Shown here piece by piece: positions 23,406 through 35,873 of a stretch of 43,215 nt of DNA. Each line of letters starts with the position of its first letter. Within the stretch, counting starts at the first letter, position 1. This DNA is from Catajapyx aquilonaris (Eukaryota), in the NCBI GenBank assembly GCA_000934665.2, contig JYFJ02003362.1, positions 1 through 43,215 of the forward strand. The letters run 5' to 3'. Under the pieces are notes generated by a model. It had not been told where the DNA came from and ran no database searches. It saw nothing but the letters and a program-made list of their open reading frames with translations. The translations under genes were made by a program, and so were the position numbers.

Positions 23406-24997
23406 ACTACGGACAATCGGATAGGAATCGACGCTTGTGCATCTCATTGCGTGGTTATCGCCGATTATTAACAGCGTCATTAAATTATTGAAATTAAAAG
23501 CATAAAATGGAATTATATATTTGGGCATTTGGAATGAAATAGTGATTCTGCGAGGTGTTGCACATAATGGCCGCTGAAATTTGAGGCGCTGCTACCCACC
23601 CAATTTTTATACGGAAGGCCTGGGTTTCCTATCATATTAATTAGTTTTTTACTGGCGTTAACGTACTAATTAGCATTACAAAAATTTTAATGGGTCTGGC
23701 ATGGCATGTGCTTATTTTTGAATGAGTGTAGTGCTTAAACTGAATTGGTTTGTGAATTGTTGAAGTTTGGCGCCAATAACAACCGGCGACTTCTTGGAAT
23801 TCCCGGAACATGTTATTAATTATCATATTCAAAAATTAATGCTATTAATGACGCTCCATTAATGTGTAACATGCTGATAATTAATTATTAATCATGTATT
23901 GTATGTACGGTACACACATTTATTTCTGACTGACATAATCAACCAGTTATTATATATTTTGTCGAATATATGCCTAATTGATCTACTTCACCCATGTCAT
24001 TTTAATTAAGCTAAACAGAATTATTCTATATAGGACTGTTGCTGAGGGAGCCTACTGCATGGAGAGTGTGACATTGAGCCTATTTTGCTGTGCCCACTTA
24101 AAATGTGGCAAAGTTCGTCCCATTCAACTACATACATTTAGTCATCATATATTGACAGTTGTTAAAAATTCCACAGGAATAATTCCCATAAAGACGCACT
24201 TGTAGCGTTGTAGGTGCTGGGTACTAATACATTATAGTGTTACAGATGACGCAAGAGACTCCTTGTACAGCTGCAGTGTTCAAGGCTCTTTCTGGATCGA
24301 GTGTAAGGCTCTCCTGAAGAGATTTTCCCCGTATCACGCATGCACGAGTCTCGCCCCGCTCCTGACGCGCGCCAACTGCAAGGGGAACATAGGCACCTAG
24401 GAGGTGGACTCTGCACGTGCCCTTCTTGCACTCTGGGGTTGTTCACGCTCTGCCCGTTTGGCTCAACACGGGACCCAGTGCAAGAAGGGCACCAGGGAGA
24501 AGGCGGGGCCTGGCGCGTCTCTTGGACGGTTTATACGCTCAGCCTCACTGCCCTGATTAGTCGTCTGAATAAGAGGGAGGGCTTGGAGCAAGAACCGCAC
24601 AAGTGACGGGCCACTCAGGCCACGTGGTCACCACGTGGGTTTGCGAGACACGTGTTTTCCCCCCACCCCCCCGCCCTTTCCAGTTCTCTCAAGCACACGC
24701 TGCGCCCTTGAGCTGTGCTCGCAACTAAATATGGAAAACAGGCCCAGATTGGGCCCAGAGGTCAACAACTGTGGCTGAAAATCCACTCCTGACTCCGAGG
24801 CCATCACATTATTATTGGCTTAATGATTATCAAGCAATGTTATCAAAATATTTGCTGTGTAACCCCGGAACTACCATAAGCATCTTTAAATTCCCGTTTC
24901 ATACCAATTATTTCCACTAATAAGCTGCTTATAATCAAGAACTGCTATTGAAATATTAGCTACACAGCCAATGGGTTAACCACTTCGGTATACACTC

Positions 24998-26381
24998 CGG
25001 TGTATAGGTGGTATCGGCGTGACGTCACCGGCTCCTGGCGTGACGTCACCAGCGGGCGGCGGCCATATTGTAGAAATAAGAGTGTTGCCTGCCCATTGCC
25101 TACATAGTGCCGTAGCTTGCTAACGTGAATATTTGAGCGGATTGTAGGCATTTCACAGTGAGGATATGGTTTTTTGTGCGATTGTGGGTTGCTCTGAGAG
25201 GTAAGGGAGAGACCGGACAGATAGGGTTGCATTTTATGGCCTGCCTACAGTAATAAATAAATCGGTGCGATCGGACGAAGGAGCTGTCAAGCGAAAGGAG
25301 AGCCCTCTGGCTTTCTCGTATTCATCGTGCTGATCTGCTGAGGAAACCATTATATAATTATATTAACATATTATTATATTAACATAAGGTATTATTATAT
25401 TAATATATTATATTATACCATATAATATATATTATATGATATAATAATATATATTATACCATAAAATATTATATAGCCTATTATACCATATAATATACAC
25501 TATACTATATAATATTATATATTATACAGTATATCCAGGATCCGGGATATATTATATCCGTGCCAATGAATACACGGGTGTGGCGGGATAATCGGAAAAC
25601 ACTGCTAATCTTAAAATTGTCTTAGCTACCGTGAAAATGAGCAATTCGCAGGTTTTAAATGAACTTCCGGACGTATGCATGCTGATTTAAATAACTTAAT
25701 ATTAATTTAATCGACATAATAAAGTTACCGTATATTTTTAGTTATTATTCTTTAAAAAAGCATGTTAAATTTCCTTTCCTGCGAGACGGACGTTTTTTCG
25801 GACTTTAATTTCTGACTTTATTTTTTGTCGGTGCACGAATAATCCGCACCCGGATAATCGGGAGTGGAGTTCTTTAGCAAGAGCATTTCTCATCATTTCA
25901 AATATTATATAAATATAGTAAGTTAATGGTATGAGTTGTTATCAATTCGTGCGAAACCTGAGATTTCGCTAAATTATTTAATTGTGCGAATCCCTTGCGG
26001 TTTAGCGACACATGCATGTCTACATAAAGGTTTCAGAATAATGATAGATTGCGAGTAAAATAAAAGGCATTAAAATCGGACGATTAGGAGCTGATTTACG
26101 GTCATTTGAAGAAACCGGTGGCGGACATCTTGAATGGTAATTATTTTGCTGACCTACACCGAATTTGAAGTGCCTCCCGGTTTTAAAAGCTCTGGTGTGA
26201 CCTCATCTATGATCCCTGAAAGTGGCATATTCCAGTCAAGAAGTGTAGCCTTTTTATTGTACCAGACGTACTATTAACTCCTACTCGGAATAATTTTCTA
26301 TTTCTACAAGATGGCCGCCGCTCGCATTAGTTCGATAAAATACCCAGAGATGGCTCTCTCGCCGATACCACCTATACACCG
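24998..26381. mobile_element. ~1.4-kb non-autonomous DNA transposon-like element
   Basis: Perfect 22-bp terminal inverted repeat CGGTGTATAGGTGGTATCGGCG (24998-25019 / 26360-26381), plus a subterminal IR GCGGCGGCCATATTGTAGAAATA / TATTTCTACAAGATGGCCGCCGC. No ORF, no clear TSD. Confidence 0.75.
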
Positions 26382-26502
26382 CCTGCTGGCTGCTGCAGTT
26401 GGTATGCGGTACTTCCAGGTACCTTACTCTTATTTGGTACTCCTTGAATTTTGGTGCTCCAATGTCAAGTGTCCAGTGTATACACTTTTACACCCCTTTT
26501 TG

Positions 26503-27350
26503 CTACAAACTGCTGTGTAACTGCTTCATTATAAGAAGCTTATTAGTTGCTCATTACCTACGATACGATCCAATTGATATTTTCGGATCCAAAGCTGCTT
26601 ACTATAAAATATTAGCTACAGTTACACATTTCCTATATGTAGCTACTTCATAATAAAAGGAGCTTCGCGCAATGTCATCATAAAATATAGCTATACACAA
26701 ACTGCTGTGTGGGCTGTGTAACTGCTTCATTGTAAGCAGCTTATTATTAGTTGCTCATTATATATCTACGATACGATCCAAATGATTTCGGACCCAAAGC
26801 TGCTTACTGTAAGAGCAGCTATCAAAATATTAGCTATACAATGCAGTTACACATTTGTTATAACTATATAGATGCTTCATAATAAGCAGCTTAGTGCTGA
26901 TCGGGCAAATCAAAATGTTATCATAAAATATAATAGCTACACAAACTGCTGTGTGACAGCTTCATTATATAAGCAGTTTATTAGTTGCTCATATCCCGAA
27001 TAAAGGCCATATTTCACACAAAAAAAACGCGCGGCAAACGGCGCGCGTTGCGGCATATTTGTCGCGGGGCATATTATTGCCAATAATTAATAATAATTGG
27101 CGGGGCACACGTTTGCCGCTTGTCGCTGCCGCAAATTTTTTTTGTGTGTTTCGGACCCAAAGCTGCTTACTATATCAAGCAGCTATTTGTTAAAAAAAAG
27201 TATTAGCTACCGCGCTACACATTTGCTGTAAATGTAGCTACTTCACAAAATAAGCTGATCGGGGGCGCACCGCTTGATCCGATTTCAATGTCGTCAATAT
27301 GTTATCAAAACTGTATTCAGCTACACACATTTCCTGTAACTGTTGAATCA
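26503..27350. repeat. Degenerate ~190-240-bp tandem repeat (about 3 units) with a MITE inserted in the third
   Basis: Recurring CAAACTGCTGTGT...TAAGCAGCTTATTAGTTGCTC...TTCGGACCCAAAGCTGCTTACT...ATTAGCTAC. Related sequence occurs at ~24830-24966. An insert at ~27004-27148 has CACACAAAAAAAA / TTTTTTTTGTGTG inverted ends. Confidence 0.7.
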
Positions 27351-28846
27351 GCTTTAGTGCTAATCGCGGGCAATATTAGTGTCGCGTTCGGCACCACCTG
27401 CGCGAAATCACTAGCTTAGTGACCGGTTAGTGACACATATTTTTCGAAGCCAACGCGGCGCGGCGGCGATTAATAATCGCGTCCGGATTGGCCACTCAGC
27501 GGATGTTGTGGGCGTGACTTGAGTGATTGGCATGAGGATGTGCTCGGCGCTTGCGGTGTATGTCGGGAAGGGAGGGAATCATGGGGATAATCCCCTAGCC
27601 CGAGTCTGAGAGTGAAGGCGCGGGAGGGAAAGAAAAAGACGCGGCGCGCAGGGATGTAGCAGCAACCCGTTGATAGGGGAGCATCAGGGGATAGGAGGTG
27701 GTCTACATCCCTCGCTCGACCGTGTGTGGTCCCAGTGGCAAGTGCAACCACCTGGCAACCGATAGACTGCATGGAGGAGGGTGTGAAATGGGGTCGTCCC
27801 ACCACACCAGCAGCCCCTGACGCGAAGAAGTGTGGGGGTGAGTAAGCCGGGTTGGGGGCCGGTCCCCACAGCACTTCATGTCCGGACAGTGCCACTCCGG
27901 AGGCGCCGTGACTGAACGCAGTGCATCCCACTCGACAGGGGAACATCACATTGCGGGAGGAGTAGCTGTCAGGCAGGGTGGCCAGGCTTGGGCAGCAGGA
28001 GGTCGCACCACGCAGCGTATCGATATGTACAATTTGCAGGAATCGGACCTGTACTGTGTACAGTAGGAACTGGATTACAAATTAGGCGAAATTATGCATC
28101 GGTTTAATTGCAACGGTACAGTACGCATCAACACATACGTAACGGATTGGCGGATAATAAAATCGGAAAGCAGGTCGATATATCGGCCGTATCGATATAC
28201 TGAAGTTTGTGCGGGGTTGCCACATTGCGCGTGGTTTGCGTTCTAATTATACTGTTTAAATGAGTATGTCAGGAATTTAATGCCGGATTAAATACACAGC
28301 GTTGCCGGATTTCTTTAAATTGAGCTGTCTTTTTTTGGGTGAGATGCGATGAAAAGGGAGAGATATGGCAACTCCGCCTTTTTAGTTTTCCAGCTGTTCC
28401 AAAGGCGATAAACTGGTTCTTCTTGTGTCTGATGTAGGTGCAAAACGTTGCTGAATTGCGAACAATTACATCTGGAACTGGCATTAGAACGTGCAAGGCC
28501 AACAGCACGTGGAATTCGGACGAAAAAAGAATCGAAAAGGAAGGTACAACGCTATCGTAAGAATAAGTGCGATGTCGCATCCTCTTTACCTCTAGTACGC
28601 TAATTATTCTGTACCGAGTCCTGTACGGTTGGAATAACTAGTCCATTATTATACAAAGCAGAGAACATTGTCGATAATTTTTTTCCGCAATAATTGGTAA
28701 CGCGATTGATTAATGAATTATTATTATTCGGCCAATCGCATGTGACAAACGACGATCAGAATGCGCCCCCTTTAAAAAAAAGGCGGTATGTTTAAAATCG
28801 GTTTTGATTTTTTAAAAATTTGCAGGTCAAGTGTGTGACCTTGAGG

Positions 28847-29919
28847 ATGCCCAAGTCCCAGGCGGATATTGTGGCACGGTTGACCTGGCGGAAGGAACTG
28901 GTGGCCAAGAAGGAGATTCTCATCCAGGAGGTGAAGAGCAGGCAGCCCTTGTGGGACAAGACTAGCGGACGGAGGAAGCGGGACGTGGTGTGCAGGCTTT
29001 GGAAGGAAGTGGCCTCCGCCTTGGGCATATCAGGTCAGTTCTGCTGGATGACCTGGTCAGCCCGGATTAAACTTATAAACTGGTCCACTGGTCGAGTGGG
29101 AATGCTGGGTATTTCATGCGCTGTACATTTTGCAGTTACCGAGGCCAAATTCATGTGGCGGAACTTGAGTGACCGGTTCCGTCAGGTGCATTGCGATGCC
29201 ACACGTGGGAAGAAGGTCAAGTGGGTGCATTACTCGTCCCTCATGTTCCTGCAAGACCAAATATGTAGAAACCATTCGTAAGTACCGCAATGGAAAATGT
29301 ACTGTCTTCAATAATATACGTTGTTATCCAATTTGCAGAGTCACGGAGGCAATTACTGAGCCTCGGGAAACGGGCGACGTGGAAGACATGTCCTCTTCTC
29401 ATCCCGTCCCAACTGAAACTGGTACTGAATTATTTGTTGAACTTGCCCTCCATATATATTGGCATGTCACGATCGTTTGCATTTCAGAACAACACATCCT
29501 TGTGTTTGCTTCCGAGACTCCGTCACTTGCGACAAAACGGACGCAACAGCCACCCTGGTTAAATATAAAGAGGGCAGCAGAGGTGACGGACCATGAAGAT
29601 GTAGAGAAGCAGCTGAGCAGTCTGAAGCAGTGAGTCTCATTCGGAGCATGCCGTCATTGGGCAAAGAAAATTTTTTTAAAGATAATTTCCATATGTTTCA
29701 AGGTCAGTTGATCACATCCTCCGTGAGCATTCAAACGACAAGTACACCGCTTTGGGCAATTACATTTCGGCGACTTTGAAGAATGATGTGCCTGAGGAGC
29801 TTAAGAAGAAGTGCGAGTGGGACATCCTCAAAGTTGTTCAGTCCTACTCCTTGGGAAAGGTTCCTATTGTTCAGAGTGCAATTGATGATTGTGAGATGAG
29901 AGTAGTAGAACTGATTTGA
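28847..29919 (+). CDS. MADF (Myb/SANT-like) + BESS-like domain transcription factor (256 aa)
   Basis: Exons 28847-29033, 29136-29277, 29339-29421, 29488-29629, 29703-29919. MADF pattern LIQEVKSRQPLWD...WKEVASAL...WRNLSDRF...WVHYSSLMFL. C-terminal DKYTALGNYISATLK..VP...KKKCEWDILKV resembles BESS. Confidence 0.88.
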
Positions 29920-30671
29920 TAGATGCCATTTTAACCATCCGTAATTCGCACGTGATAAAGTGAACTCTCCTAATGAATGGTTCCCACCGTTAGTTCAAAA
30001 TGTGCCAGGCCCACTAATGCATTTAATAAGTTTCGACAAAAGGTACGTGAAATGAAGCAATAAGCGGCATGTATGTTTGCATGAATAAAATTCTGTTTCA
30101 TGATAATGCTGTCGGATAAGTAATGTAGCAATTTCATGGTATTAAAATGCTACGCTTATAAGTCACTCGAATTATAGTTATGTGACTGGGATTGTACTAT
30201 TATTCTTAGTTTGTTAATAAAATGTCATATTTATTCTTTTCACATGAGTTTTAACAGGAATAACATTTCAACAACATTGAGCGATTATTGCGGGTTGAAC
30301 TTTTTGCTTCACACATGTGTTGGACCTGTTGCTTAGTGTTTACGTAGGACTTACGTCAACTAGTATATCATGCGACAAATTGACTTGAACAAGCTCATTA
30401 GAGTACAAAACACCTTATGCTAGTAATTATATCATGTTGAAACAATTATATGTACGTTGAGTAGCAAGAATGAGGCTTTAGGAAACATTGAGCTAAGTGT
30501 GATAAGCAGGCAAGTTGTTCGTGATGCTGCTGTAACAATGTATAGCCAATGATTCTATAAAGCCAAATACTTTGCATTAATATTCTTCGAACTGCTGTTT
30601 ATATCTTGAACTTATTAAGATGCAGATAATCAGAGTGTGGTAGGTATGTTTTTGACTGTTTCTGCCGTCTT

Positions 30672-33600
30672 TCATGCCATATAGACATACGTATCGGTAG
30701 ACGTCTTCTCAAGAAACTCCCTTGCAGTCAGGCGGATAATGGATTTCTGCATGGAAAAAGACAATAGTTAGAGACATAACGCTTGTAATAGTGAATCGCC
30801 TTCATTAAATACGTCTAATAATTTTTCAGAATTCCTAAACTTTCTGTATAAATTGCATATATAGGTCCACTATGTGCCTTCACTTTTACTGACAATGCGC
30901 AGAACGTCCTTTGTTCTTGCACAACATTGCTTAAACTCACAGTGATGTCAGAGACGTCTGGCTTGAACTTTTCAGCTAGTTCGGCTAGTACGAGAGTCAC
31001 CAGCACTTGGAGAGTTAGTACTCTCTTGGCCTTCATAATCCTCACAACGGCTGCATCGATGACAGCATCCCGCTCGATCTCTGCATTCCTCACCACTTCC
31101 TGACGCTCTTTCTGGATCTCAGTTTTCGCAGTCGAGTTGATGATTACACGGTGCTTCTTGCTGTAAGGCACACAGTACACAATCATACGCAATTTGTCAT
31201 CCGCAGTTTTTAAATGGTTAAATCTCACTGCGTGTAGTCTGTTTGCAGGACCAGTTGTGTGTTGTTGTCAAACTCGTCAATCTTGCTGGCGTTTGCTTTC
31301 AGCAGCTGGACCCTGATGAGGCTCTCGACCACAGTGTTCAACACCTCCTTGGTCAACTGAGTTGCTTCGAGTAACTGGCCCAGGCTGCATTCAACACCAT
31401 TATTGAACTCCAGGAGCACCACCATCTGGTATGTTGATGCCTGAAATACATATCTGAAAGAGCCATAAAGGCTCATTCACACAGGCCGTCGGCGGTTTTG
31501 GTTTTTGGTCGCGTTGACCCTGCGGACCAATCATGACCCATGTAAACAAGCTCTAAACAATGGGTTGTTTACATGAGTCATGATTGGTCCGCGGTGTCAA
31601 TGCGACCAAAAACCAAAACCGGCGATGGCCTGTGTGAATGGGCCTTAATGTGTAAACAACAACAATTGCTTTATCGACAGTGTAAGGCCGCGTTTACATG
31701 TGAGCAATTTGATCAGCGATGTGCAGTGATCGCTGATCAAATCGCTCACATGTAAATGTGGCATGAAACAGATACTTATATAGATTGCGACTAATGGGAA
31801 CTCTCTGACCTGGTGTCGAAGCAGTTGCCGACCAAGTCTCCTCGGGACATCTGGTAGAGGTATATGAGCTTTCGTCCCTGGTGCTTTCCAAGGTAGAAAC
31901 CATTGAAAAGACTTATGCTTCGCTCGATCTGAAATGTGACGAGGTAACCAGCTGAATGTTTCGACATTAGCTGCGCATCATTCTGAACGGCTAGCTACTT
32001 AGCATATTTTTTGGGGGGTTTTGTTCCACTACTAACAAGTACTCACCACAAAGGGTAAGGAAAACGGGTTTGCCTCTCTGAAAGGCCAGACGTTGGACGC
32101 GAGCACCTGGATGCTGAAGTCAATATCCAGGGAGAGGTTGCATTCATCCGAGTAGGTCTTGTACTCCTCGCACAAGTCCTTCGACACTATCATGTCCTGT
32201 AGGAAAACAGTTAGAAATTATTCGCTCAATGCTGCATTGCCGTCACATGCCTTACCTGAAACATCTTCTTAAGTTTGGATCCATAATCAAACCCGCAGTC
32301 TCCCTGCAGGAGGCTGACCATCATCATCTCCATGTCGTCACTGATTGAATTGTGCAGGACAAGGCGCTTGGCCAGGGCATTGGCGTAGAAGTGGAGGAAC
32401 ACGTCCTTCGACTCCAAGAATACAAACACTGTCATCTGGAGAAAAAAATGTGTCGTCTCAGTTTGAATATTGAATACAATTAAAATTACCATGACATGAC
32501 AGAGGCATAAAGTGTCCAAAAACGTGTTGCAAATCGCGTATTTAATTTGAGACCATGATTATCCGAGTAACTTACAGCTTTGTCAAGTGCTACAGTTATT
32601 TGCTTGTCGTCCTGGTATTTGCTCCCTCTCTTGAGGACTGCGTCGCAAAACTTGGCCACAAATTCAGCCGAAGCGGCTGATCGCCCGTACTTGTCAGTGA
32701 TTGCATTGATGTTGATTAACTTTTGGCAGGCTTTGTCCAGGGATGACAAACATCCGGACTCGATGGGAAACGCTAACTGCAAAAAGTCCTTGTTTTCCTT
32801 GTGGAATGAGGAGATCAATTCCACGTAAGACGTTGCATTCTGCAGAGATAAATGCTAATTAAAGTATGCCGTGGAATATTCATAGTTGTTGACTAATGTA
32901 CATGTTGTAAAATAAATGTTGTGAATGTTGTTTGTTCTTAGCAATGCAAATCAATACGGAGCACTCGACCTTATCGGAAACTGGCTTTTTCATTAACTAA
33001 CCTTCTCAATATCGTCAACATTTTCCTCTATTATACCCAGACCCTGCTTGTGTAGGAATGACGTTAACGATTCCTGAAACTGCTTCACTCCGACTTCACC
33101 GTTGGAGATAATGCGATAGAGTCTCGTAAGGTCGTCCACACTCTTTGTGAGCATCAGGTTTGGTAGGACTGCAGTGATCTCATCCAATCTGTCGGCGATC
33201 AGAACTTCGTAGCATCTGTCCATCACTGGAGTAAGGGTACTCTCGTGCAGGTAACTATTGACAAGCCTGTTCTCATTAGATAATATCTGTTCCACCTTGT
33301 GAAATTGGGGAAAAAAAAAAGATCATTACGGAAAGATCTTAGCAGTCTGCATCATATGGTACATACCTTTTTCAAGTATGCAACAATAGAATTGTCCTTC
33401 AGGAATGCATTGCTACCGTCGAACAGAAAGTACACGGTGCTAGACAAGAATGGTGTTTCAAAGTATCTTTTGTAGGGGATGATGCAGAGATCCTTATCCG
33501 CACTAGGTTCAGCAAGAGACCCTGCGATTACAACAATAGGGTAATATGTAAGTACGACTGAAATGAATCATACAGACATGTAAAGAGAGTAGGGATTCAC

Positions 33601-35873
33601 CCAGCTCTAGAAAGCTGTCCACGACCCATCCGAGGAGAGCCAAGTCCACCACTTCACCGTTTCTCTCCATGTTGATCAGCGTCATGGCGCCATCCAATAC
33701 CTGTCCAATAAAATGTACATAGCGGCAATAAACTTTGATTTTCAAATAATATATGCATTTACCTTCATGTGTCCAGGCTTGAGCAGCTCATTCAGCCAAG
33801 AGACATACGAAAGCGTAGATACGTTGCGAACTTCATAACGTCCCTCCTCTTGTTCCTTTATGACCCAGTACCTGCACAACATTAGGACCATATTGAGCAA
33901 TTGACATATTTGGTTGACAGTTTTGTTTCAACTATTTGGAAGCACCAAATAAGTCAACTAAGGCTAACACTTGTAACGCAATTACTTATTCAAGTAGGAG
34001 AAGACGTTGTTCAAAGCTTTGGTGCTCTCCTTGAAAGCCCTCCATGCATCCAAATAGAACTTCAGGATGGAAGCCGTGGCAGTGGTTTCCGAAGCCTGCG
34101 AATAGTTCAGATTACTTATTATTTCCACTTTTGAGGACTTATTATCAGCACATGTTTTCACCTTTAGCAGACGCCTGACGTAGCCATTGATGGTCATTTG
34201 CAGGCGGTTGTACAGTTTTTCACCGATCATGAACTCGCTTGTCTCTTCCAACTCAAAGTCAGGTGTGACTCGCCTGATTACCGGAATGCCGCTGCAGTAG
34301 TTATGAACAATCCTGAGTGAAATTAAAGTTAAGGCAATAAAAGAGCCCATACCATGAAATGTTTATTACACTATCGGCCACCTTATAATAATCTAATTAT
34401 TATACAATTATTTCACTTATTCATGTGAAATGCTTACTGTACTGTCTGGTCTATCGGTGCAACGACTTATTATATACAACAGTACTCATCAATATGACCC
34501 AATAATTTGGTCTAAAGGATCATGATCCTGAAGTGAAACTGAATCGATAAGACAACGATGCACTATAGTGTCGAGTTATAATAATAAAGGATACGTGAAT
34601 AACTCCATGAATGTGCATTGGTCTAGCACTTCTCCACGATAAATTCTATCAATTCCATCCTTCAGTATCTTCCACACCTCATCCAGAGTCACCCTCCCGA
34701 CAAAGAATTTCTTCTCATCCTTGTTCGTCTTTGTTTCCAGCAATTTGTCCTGAAATAATGTAATCGGACGATGTTATGCAATAATGTGTCAACCCACACA
34801 CAAAAATGTCCAAAATTGACATATAAGCCCAGAGACAATTATACCTAAAGGGATCTTACTTTAATTCAGTTACAATCACGCTGATGAAATTTGCATATAA
34901 ATGACTGAAAATAATATAAATGACTGAAAAGAACACTGATATAATTTCACATACCTGTAAATGTGCAATAATGAGTCAACCCACATGAGAATTCTCATGT
35001 GTGTTGACTCATTATTGCATATTACCATCCAATTAGGCTATAATTAGGTTAGGAATATAAATGACTGACAAGAACACTGATATAATTTCGCACACATGTG
35101 AATGTGCAATAATGAGTCAACCCACATACGAGAATGCTCATGTGGGTTGACTCATTATTGCATATTACCATCCAATTAGGCAATAATTAGGTTGTAATTA
35201 GGTTATGAAGATAAATGACTGAAAAGAACACTCGCTGATATAATTTCACATACCTGTGAATTTGCAATAATAAGTCAACCCACATGAGAATTCTCATGAG
35301 GGTTGACTCATTATTGCACATTACCATCCAATTAGGCTATAATTAGGTTGTAATTAGGTTAGGAATATAAATGACTGTAAAGAACAACCTGTGAATGTGC
35401 AATAATGAGTCAACCCACATGAGAATTCTCATGTGGGTTGACTCATTATTGCATAACACCATCCAATTTAGGATTCTTACAGTAAATGCGTCATTTTCCT
35501 GGTTCATCGAACAGTTGTCGTCTCCAGCAGGTTTCTTCTGGAACCTTGGAGGAATCTCGCCGCGACGTCGACGGCGGGGCCTATTAGGCGGTGCTGCTGG
35601 CTCCGGGTTATTCTGGGGCTGCTGCTGGGGCGGGGGGATAACCGAGGGATGAACAATCTGAACGGGCCTCGAACTGTTCTGTTCGATTATTATTGGAACC
35701 GCTGTGGTTATTGGAACAACTGTCGTGTTTGATGGAACAGAAGGGATGGGCAGTGGCGGCGGCGGCGGCGGCTCATCTCTGGTGGTTCTGGCCGTGTTCC
35801 CCCTGGCCCCAGCGTTGGAGAGGATAACCGTGGTGTTCTGGTTGCGTCTCCAGCCCCGCTTGCCTCGAGCCAT
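30672..35873 (-). CDS. Divergent cullin-1-like protein (899 aa) with Arg/Pro-rich N-terminal extension
   Basis: 15 phase-consistent exons: 35873-35481, 34749-34595, 34312-34162, 34095-33986, 33871-33763, 33700-33601, 33521-33367, 33295-33002, 32839-32576, 32435-32256, 32196-32047, 31928-31810, 31453-31229, 31160-30941, 30746-30672. CUL1-type motifs: [59 protein letters not shown], neddylation site AAVVRIMK, C-terminal DTYVYMA. Confidence 0.92.
31469..31645. mobile_element. PIF/Harbinger-type palindromic MITE in a cullin intron
   Basis: TAA|AGGCTCATTCACACAGGCC ... GGCCTGTGTGAATGGGCCT|TAA. Nearly fully palindromic over 177 bp, with a 3-bp TAA TSD. Confidence 0.88.
31686..31763. mobile_element. 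Second small Harbinger-like palindromic MITE
   Basis: GCCGCGTTTACATGTGAGCAATTTGATCAGCGAT ... ATCGCTGATCAAATCGCTCACATGTAAATGTGGC. Confidence 0.75.
34893..35470. repeat. ~135-160-bp tandem repeat, each unit containing a 56-bp loopless palindrome
   Basis: TGCAATAATGAGTCAACCCACATGAGAATTCTCATGTGGGTTGACTCATTATTGCA at 34964, 35105, 35263 and 35398 (the last copy is perfect). A half copy lies at ~34777. Confidence 0.93.

Noticed and set aside
24180..24240. TAATTCCCA resembling an insect snRNA PSEA, implying a plus-strand Pol III gene
   Set aside because: Only the first half matches, TATA spacing is off, and a T4 run occurs at ~24323.
27535..27560. GGATGTG resembling the 7SK 5' end
   Set aside because: No paired GATC motifs, no complementary 3' CACATCC, and no Pol III terminator.
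27575..27610. CCCTAGCCC as a telomerase RNA template in the structured GC block
   Set aside because: It does not template TTAGG or TTAGGG, there is no U-rich pseudoknot, and the ACA is not positioned correctly after the last stem.
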